Assembly (NCBI GenBank): GCA_965209055.1
Contig: OZ242374.1
Coordinates: 3,008,001 to 3,072,000 of the forward strand
DNA length: 64,000 bases
Reading direction: 5' to 3'
From: Acidobacteriota bacterium
GTDB lineage: Bacteria; Acidobacteriota; UBA6911; RPQK01; JAJDTT01
Numbering within the stretch: position 1 is the first letter of the stretch; each line of letters begins with the position of its first letter. Of this stretch, positions 59,895 to 64,000 are shown piece after piece. Made by a program: the position numbers and the translations under genes. The notes under the pieces were generated by a model that saw only the letters and a list, made by a program, of their open reading frames with translations, was not told the origin of the DNA and did no database searches.

Positions 59895-61279
59895 CATCCC
59901 GGTCCACGGTTCTGATCATCGACGACGAAGAGATCATGCGGGAGGTCTTCTCGCGAGTCGTCGCCGGCGGCGGTCACCAGGTTCTCCTTGCTTCCTCGGG
60001 GGAGGAGGGCGTCGAGTTGATTCGACGCGAGCCGGTGGATCTGGTGCTCCTGGATCTCATGCTTCCCGGCATCGGCGGACTTGAGACGCTGGAGACGATC
60101 CTGGAGCTGGATCCTGACCTGGCCGTCATCATGGTCACGGCCTATGCGTCCATTGAAAACGCGGTGCAGGCGACCCGGCTGGGAGCGTTCGACTTCGTGA
60201 CCAAACCGTTTCGCAACGAAGAGTTGCTGCTGGTCATCAAGAACGGCATCCGGCAACGGCGACTCGAGTTGGAGAATCGCCAGCTCAAGTCCAGTCTCCA
60301 TCGCCGTCAGGGTCACTTCCAGAACATCGTCGGCAAGAGCGAGCCGATCCGGCGGGTCACGGAACTCATTACCCAGGTGGGCCCGGGCCGCAGCACGGTT
60401 TTGATCACGGGGGAGAGCGGCACCGGGAAGGAATTGGTCGCCAAGGCCGTTCACAATCTGAGTCCCCGGCGCGACCGGGCCTTCGTCCCGGTCAACAGCG
60501 GCTCGATTCCCTCCGAGCTCTTGGAGAGTGAACTCTTCGGGCACGTGAAGGGAGCTTTTACCGGCGCCACGGCCACCAAGAAGGGGCTGTTCGAGATCGC
60601 CCATGGGGGCACGATTTTCCTGGACGAGATCGATACCGTTCCGGTGCAGACCCAGGCCAAGCTGTTGCGGGTTCTGCAGGAAAGGGAATTCCGTCCCGTG
60701 GGTGGCGTGCGGAACACCAAGGTCGACGTGAGAATCGTGGCCGCCACCAACGTGGACTTGAAGCGGGCGGTCAGGGAAGGCCGATTCCGAGAGGACCTCT
60801 ACTACCGCCTCAAGGTCATCACCCTGGACGTGGCGCCGTTGCGCGACCGGAAGGATGACATCCCTCTGCTGGCCCACCACTTCCTGACCCGCTTCAGCCG
60901 CGAGAACGGGAAGACGATGAAATCCATCGACCAGGACGCGCTCAGGGTCTTGATGAACTACGACTGGCCCGGAAACGTCAGGGAACTGGAGAACGCCATC
61001 GAACGTGCAGTGGTACTCTCCGGGACCAGCGCAAGCGTCCGATCGGATCTGCTTCCCCGGGAAATTCTGAATTCGATCTCGGGCCGGCTGGATGGAATCC
61101 CGCCGCAATCCCAGAACGGTTCCCTCAGGGAACTGGTGCTTGAATTTGAGCGCAATCTGATTCTGCTGGCGCTGGAACGGGCTGATTGGAACCAGAGGAA
61201 GGCGGCCAGCCTTCTCAAGGTCAAACCGACCACCCTGAATGCCAAACTGAAACGCCTGCAGGTCAGGATCCCCTCCTGA
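59891..61279 (+). CDS. Sigma54-dependent response regulator (NtrC/AtoC-like)
   Basis: REC, GESGTGKE, GAFTGA, WPGNVREL, HTH. Confidence 0.96.
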   Translation: MTSRSTVLIIDDEEIMREVFSRVVAGGGHQVLLASSGEEGVELIRREPVDLVLLDLMLPGIGGLETLETILELDPDLAVIMVTAYASIENAVQATRLGAFDFVTKPFRNEELLLVIKNGIRQRRLELENRQLKSSLHRRQGHFQNIVGKSEPIRRVTELITQVGPGRSTVLITGESGTGKELVAKAVHNLSPRRDRAFVPVNSGSIPSELLESELFGHVKGAFTGATATKKGLFEIAHGGTIFLDEIDTVPVQTQAKLLRVLQEREFRPVGGVRNTKVDVRIVAATNVDLKRAVREGRFREDLYYRLKVITLDVAPLRDRKDDIPLLAHHFLTRFSRENGKTMKSIDQDALRVLMNYDWPGNVRELENAIERAVVLSGTSASVRSDLLPREILNSISGRLDGIPPQSQNGSLRELVLEFERNLILLALERADWNQRKAASLLKVKPTTLNAKLKRLQVRIPS

Positions 61280-61407
61280 CGTTCTGAGGAAAAGGAAAAC
61301 AGGACAGAGAAAAGAGTAAGGCCTGGGCGAAGTTTGCGCGCTTCGGAGCACGACATTGCCACCGCGAAAAACCACTTGGGAGAGGCTGCTTCCGGCTCCG
61401 GGCCGGT

Positions 61408-61437
61408 TTGACTTGCCCGGCGAAGCGGGGCTATCAT
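61408..61437 (+). promoter_or_regulatory. Putative sigma70 promoter of the exbBD operon
   Basis: TTGACT-N18-TATCAT. Confidence 0.45.
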
Positions 61438-61568
61438 GATTTTTTCTTACGAGTGCCACGGGGTCGGATACCGGACTCTTTGGACTGAATTGATACTTCC
61501 ACCGACTTTTGCAGTCTAATTTACTCAAGCAGATCGGTTTGTTGTTCGGACAATAGGAGGACAGGACA

Positions 61569-62249
61569 GTGGTAGTAGCAATCGGGGGAACCCTGTGGAG
61601 TTATTTCCAGCAGGGCGGTCCCATGATGTACGCCCTCCTTCTCTGTTCCATAGTCGCGTTGATATTCATCTTCGAACGGATGATCACGTACTACCGGGTT
61701 CAAGGAACCACGGCGGACATCTTCTCGTCGGTCCGCCAGGCGTTGCTGGACGGGGATCTTCGCCACTCCCTGGAGGTTTGCGAGTCCTATACCCACCCCG
61801 TCGCCAGCACTCTGAAGTCGGGTCTGCTCAGGTACGGAAAGCCGCACTACGAGATCGAGAAGGCGATGGAGAGCCTGGCTCTTCACGAGGTTTCCAATCT
61901 GGAAAAGGGACTCTGGATCCTGGGAACGGTGGCCAATATTGCCCCGTTGTTCGGATTCCTGGGAACCGTCACCGGCATGATCGCGTCGTTTGAGGCGTTG
62001 GCGGAGGTGGGGCTTGGAAACCCGCAGGCGGTGGCGGGGGGCATCGCCGAGGCCCTGGTGACCACGGCGACGGGACTCATCGTCGCTCTCCCGGTCCAGG
62101 CCGCGTACAACTACTTCAGCAACCGGGTCTCGATCCTGGGCCTGGACATGGAGACGAGTTCCTCCATGCTGCTGGAGACGTTCAACGAGTTGGAGGAGAG
62201 GCAGGGTGGAAGAGGCCGGCTGACGGAAGCGGCCCCGAGTGATTCCTGA
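61569..62249 (+). CDS. MotA/TolQ/ExbB proton channel
   Basis: APLFGFLGTVTGMI, GIAEALVTTATGL. Confidence 0.95.
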   Translation: MVVAIGGTLWSYFQQGGPMMYALLLCSIVALIFIFERMITYYRVQGTTADIFSSVRQALLDGDLRHSLEVCESYTHPVASTLKSGLLRYGKPHYEIEKAMESLALHEVSNLEKGLWILGTVANIAPLFGFLGTVTGMIASFEALAEVGLGNPQAVAGGIAEALVTTATGLIVALPVQAAYNYFSNRVSILGLDMETSSSMLLETFNELEERQGGRGRLTEAAPSDS

Positions 62250-62683
62250 TGAAGCTGAGACGGAAACAGTCCGCAGCGCTGGTGCCCAGGATCCCCACCG
62301 CATCCATGGCGGATATTGCCTTTCTGCTCATCATTTTCTTCATGCTGACGACTTCCTTTTCTCCGGAACGGACCTCGGTGAGCCTGCCCGAGTCGGAGAT
62401 TCGGACCGAAGTGTCCAAGGATGCGGCCATCGTGGCGATCTCGCCCCAGGGCGAGATCAGCTTCACCGATGGGGAAACGACGGCGTTCCCACTGGCCACG
62501 GTCGCCGAGTTGGGGGAAGTGGTGAGGTCCCTGGTGGCCGTCATGCCCAGGAAGGAGTTTCTGATCAAGGCGGACCGGAGCGTCCGGTATCAGTTGGTGG
62601 ACGGTGTCCTGGAACAGTTGCGGACCAACGGCGCCCGCCGGATCGGACTCCTGACGGAGCGCGAGGTCAAGGAATCGGGCTGA
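62249..62683 (+). CDS. ExbD/TolR family protein
   Basis: SMADIAFLLIIFFM, IKAD. Confidence 0.95.
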   Translation: MKLRRKQSAALVPRIPTASMADIAFLLIIFFMLTTSFSPERTSVSLPESEIRTEVSKDAAIVAISPQGEISFTDGETTAFPLATVAELGEVVRSLVAVMPRKEFLIKADRSVRYQLVDGVLEQLRTNGARRIGLLTEREVKESG

Positions 62684-63121
62684 ATGAAATTTCGAAGCCG
62701 CCTCCAGCGAAGCCCTGAGGTCCCGACCTCCTCCATGGCCGACATCGCCTTTCTGTTGATCATCTTCTTCATGCTGACGGCCGTCTTTACGTCCAACCGG
62801 GGGCTTCAGTTCGCTTTCCCCAAGGAGGATCCGACGCGGTTGGACGTCCAGCCCGAGGAGGCCGTTCACATCAAGATCACCGGTGAAGCCCAGTACCTGG
62901 TGGACAAGGTCCCCATGTCTCTGGAGGCCATGTCCAGCTACGTGCAGGGGAAAATGGGGCAGAACCCCAGCAAACCCGTGATCATTCAGACCCAGGGACA
63001 CGTCCCTTACCGGGTCATGATCGATGTCTTCGACCTCTTGAGACAGCTTGAGGTCAAGAACATCTCGGTGCCTACGGAGTCGGAAGTCGAGCGTTGGAAG
63101 GCATTCGGTGTTTTCGAGTGA
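62684..63121 (+). CDS. ExbD/TolR family protein, second copy
   Basis: SMADIAFLLIIFFM. Confidence 0.95.
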   Translation: MKFRSRLQRSPEVPTSSMADIAFLLIIFFMLTAVFTSNRGLQFAFPKEDPTRLDVQPEEAVHIKITGEAQYLVDKVPMSLEAMSSYVQGKMGQNPSKPVIIQTQGHVPYRVMIDVFDLLRQLEVKNISVPTESEVERWKAFGVFE

Positions 63122-63140
63122 TGCCGTTGAAGGGGTGACC

Positions 63141-64000
63141 ATGCCGCCCGGACGCCGCCGCTGCCGAATCGGACTGCTATTGCTGGCACTGCTGCCCGGT
63201 ACTCCTCCGGTCTGGGGCCAAGGGGACTTCGGGAAGGGGATCTCCTTCTACAAGCAGGGGCAGTACGACAAGGCCATAGCGGAGTTCGAGGCGATCGTCG
63301 AGGAGCATTCCGACTATGAGAGCGGCCACCGGATTCTCGGGATCTCCTATCTGAAGACCAATCGGGCGGAAAAGGCCATCGAGTCCTTCAAGAAAGCGCT
63401 GGATCTCAAGGACGACGTCTACGCCTCGCATCAGGGACTGGGGATCGCCTACTACAACACGGGCAATTTTCAGGAAGCCGCGGCGGCGCTTGAAAGAGCG
63501 GAGGCATACGCCAAGTCGCCCGCGGACCGCTACCAACTGCACCACACCCGAGGAAGCGCCTACTACAATCTGGCCATGTACGACCGGGCCATCTCCGACC
63601 TGGAGCGGGCCGTTTCCATCCGCAGGGGCCAGTTCGACGACGTTCTCCAGCTCGGATTGGCCCACTACAGAATGAAGAGCTACGCACTGGCCGAAGGATT
63701 CCTGAAACAGGCCGTTGGGCTGGATCCGAATTCCGCCGAAGCCCGCAACCACCTCTCGCGCATCGTCTACCACAGGGGCGTTGCGTCCCTCGAGCAGGGC
63801 AACTATTCGGAAGCGGTCGCCACCTTGGGCGACTACCTGAAGGAGCAACCGGAAGACGGGGATGCCTGGTTCAACCTGGGGATCGCTCATCTCTTCTCCG
63901 AACACCTCCTGGCGGCGCAGGAAGCCTTTGTGAAGAGCAAGGAAATCGATCCGGACCGCTGGGAGACGCACAACCGGCTCGGCTATATCTACGAAATGAA
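63141..64000 (+). CDS. Secreted tetratricopeptide-repeat protein, truncated by window edge (absent from ORF track)
   Basis: MPPGRRRCRIGLLLLALL... then TPRs: KGISFYKQGQYDKAIAEF, LGIAYYNTGNFQEA, AWFNLGIAH. Confidence 0.9.
   Translation, partial: MPPGRRRCRIGLLLLALLPGTPPVWGQGDFGKGISFYKQGQYDKAIAEFEAIVEEHSDYESGHRILGISYLKTNRAEKAIESFKKALDLKDDVYASHQGLGIAYYNTGNFQEAAAALERAEAYAKSPADRYQLHHTRGSAYYNLAMYDRAISDLERAVSIRRGQFDDVLQLGLAHYRMKSYALAEGFLKQAVGLDPNSAEARNHLSRIVYHRGVASLEQGNYSEAVATLGDYLKEQPEDGDAWFNLGIAHLFSEHLLAAQEAFVKSKEIDPDRWETHNRLGYIYEM

Overview
The window has two parts. (1) Bases ~1-11356 are an accessory region dominated by a small phage-satellite-like element that is cut off by the left edge. It encodes a Cre-like tyrosine recombinase, an HK97-type head module ordered HNH-major capsid-prohead protease-portal, a divergently oriented terminase large subunit, a ColE2-type plasmid replicase and a ribbon-helix-helix regulator. 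No tail, head-tail connector or recognisable small terminase gene is visible. It abuts the 3' end of a tRNA-Leu(TAA). Its portal gene is split by an IS1634-family element (1723-3627) flanked by a perfect 128-bp target duplication, and its genes are enriched in GAGAC/GTCTC. The accessory region ends at a truncated sulfatase whose breakpoint resembles an IS5-family end. (2) Bases ~11.4-64 kb are GC-rich chromosomal backbone, probably Acidobacteriota (inferred from gene families). It holds sulfatases, two Tat-exported sialidase-like paralogs, TonB-dependent receptors, a POT transporter, a PQQ dehydrogenase, katG, a cytochrome c, tRNA-Ile2, rpoD, dnaG, larB, pnp, rpsO, xerC, NtrY/NtrX-like and a second sigma54 two-component system, rlmB, ExbB/ExbD/ExbD and a TPR protein, with a dispersed GGAG/GTAG-type REP family. 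All calls are from motif recognition by eye; no database searches were run.
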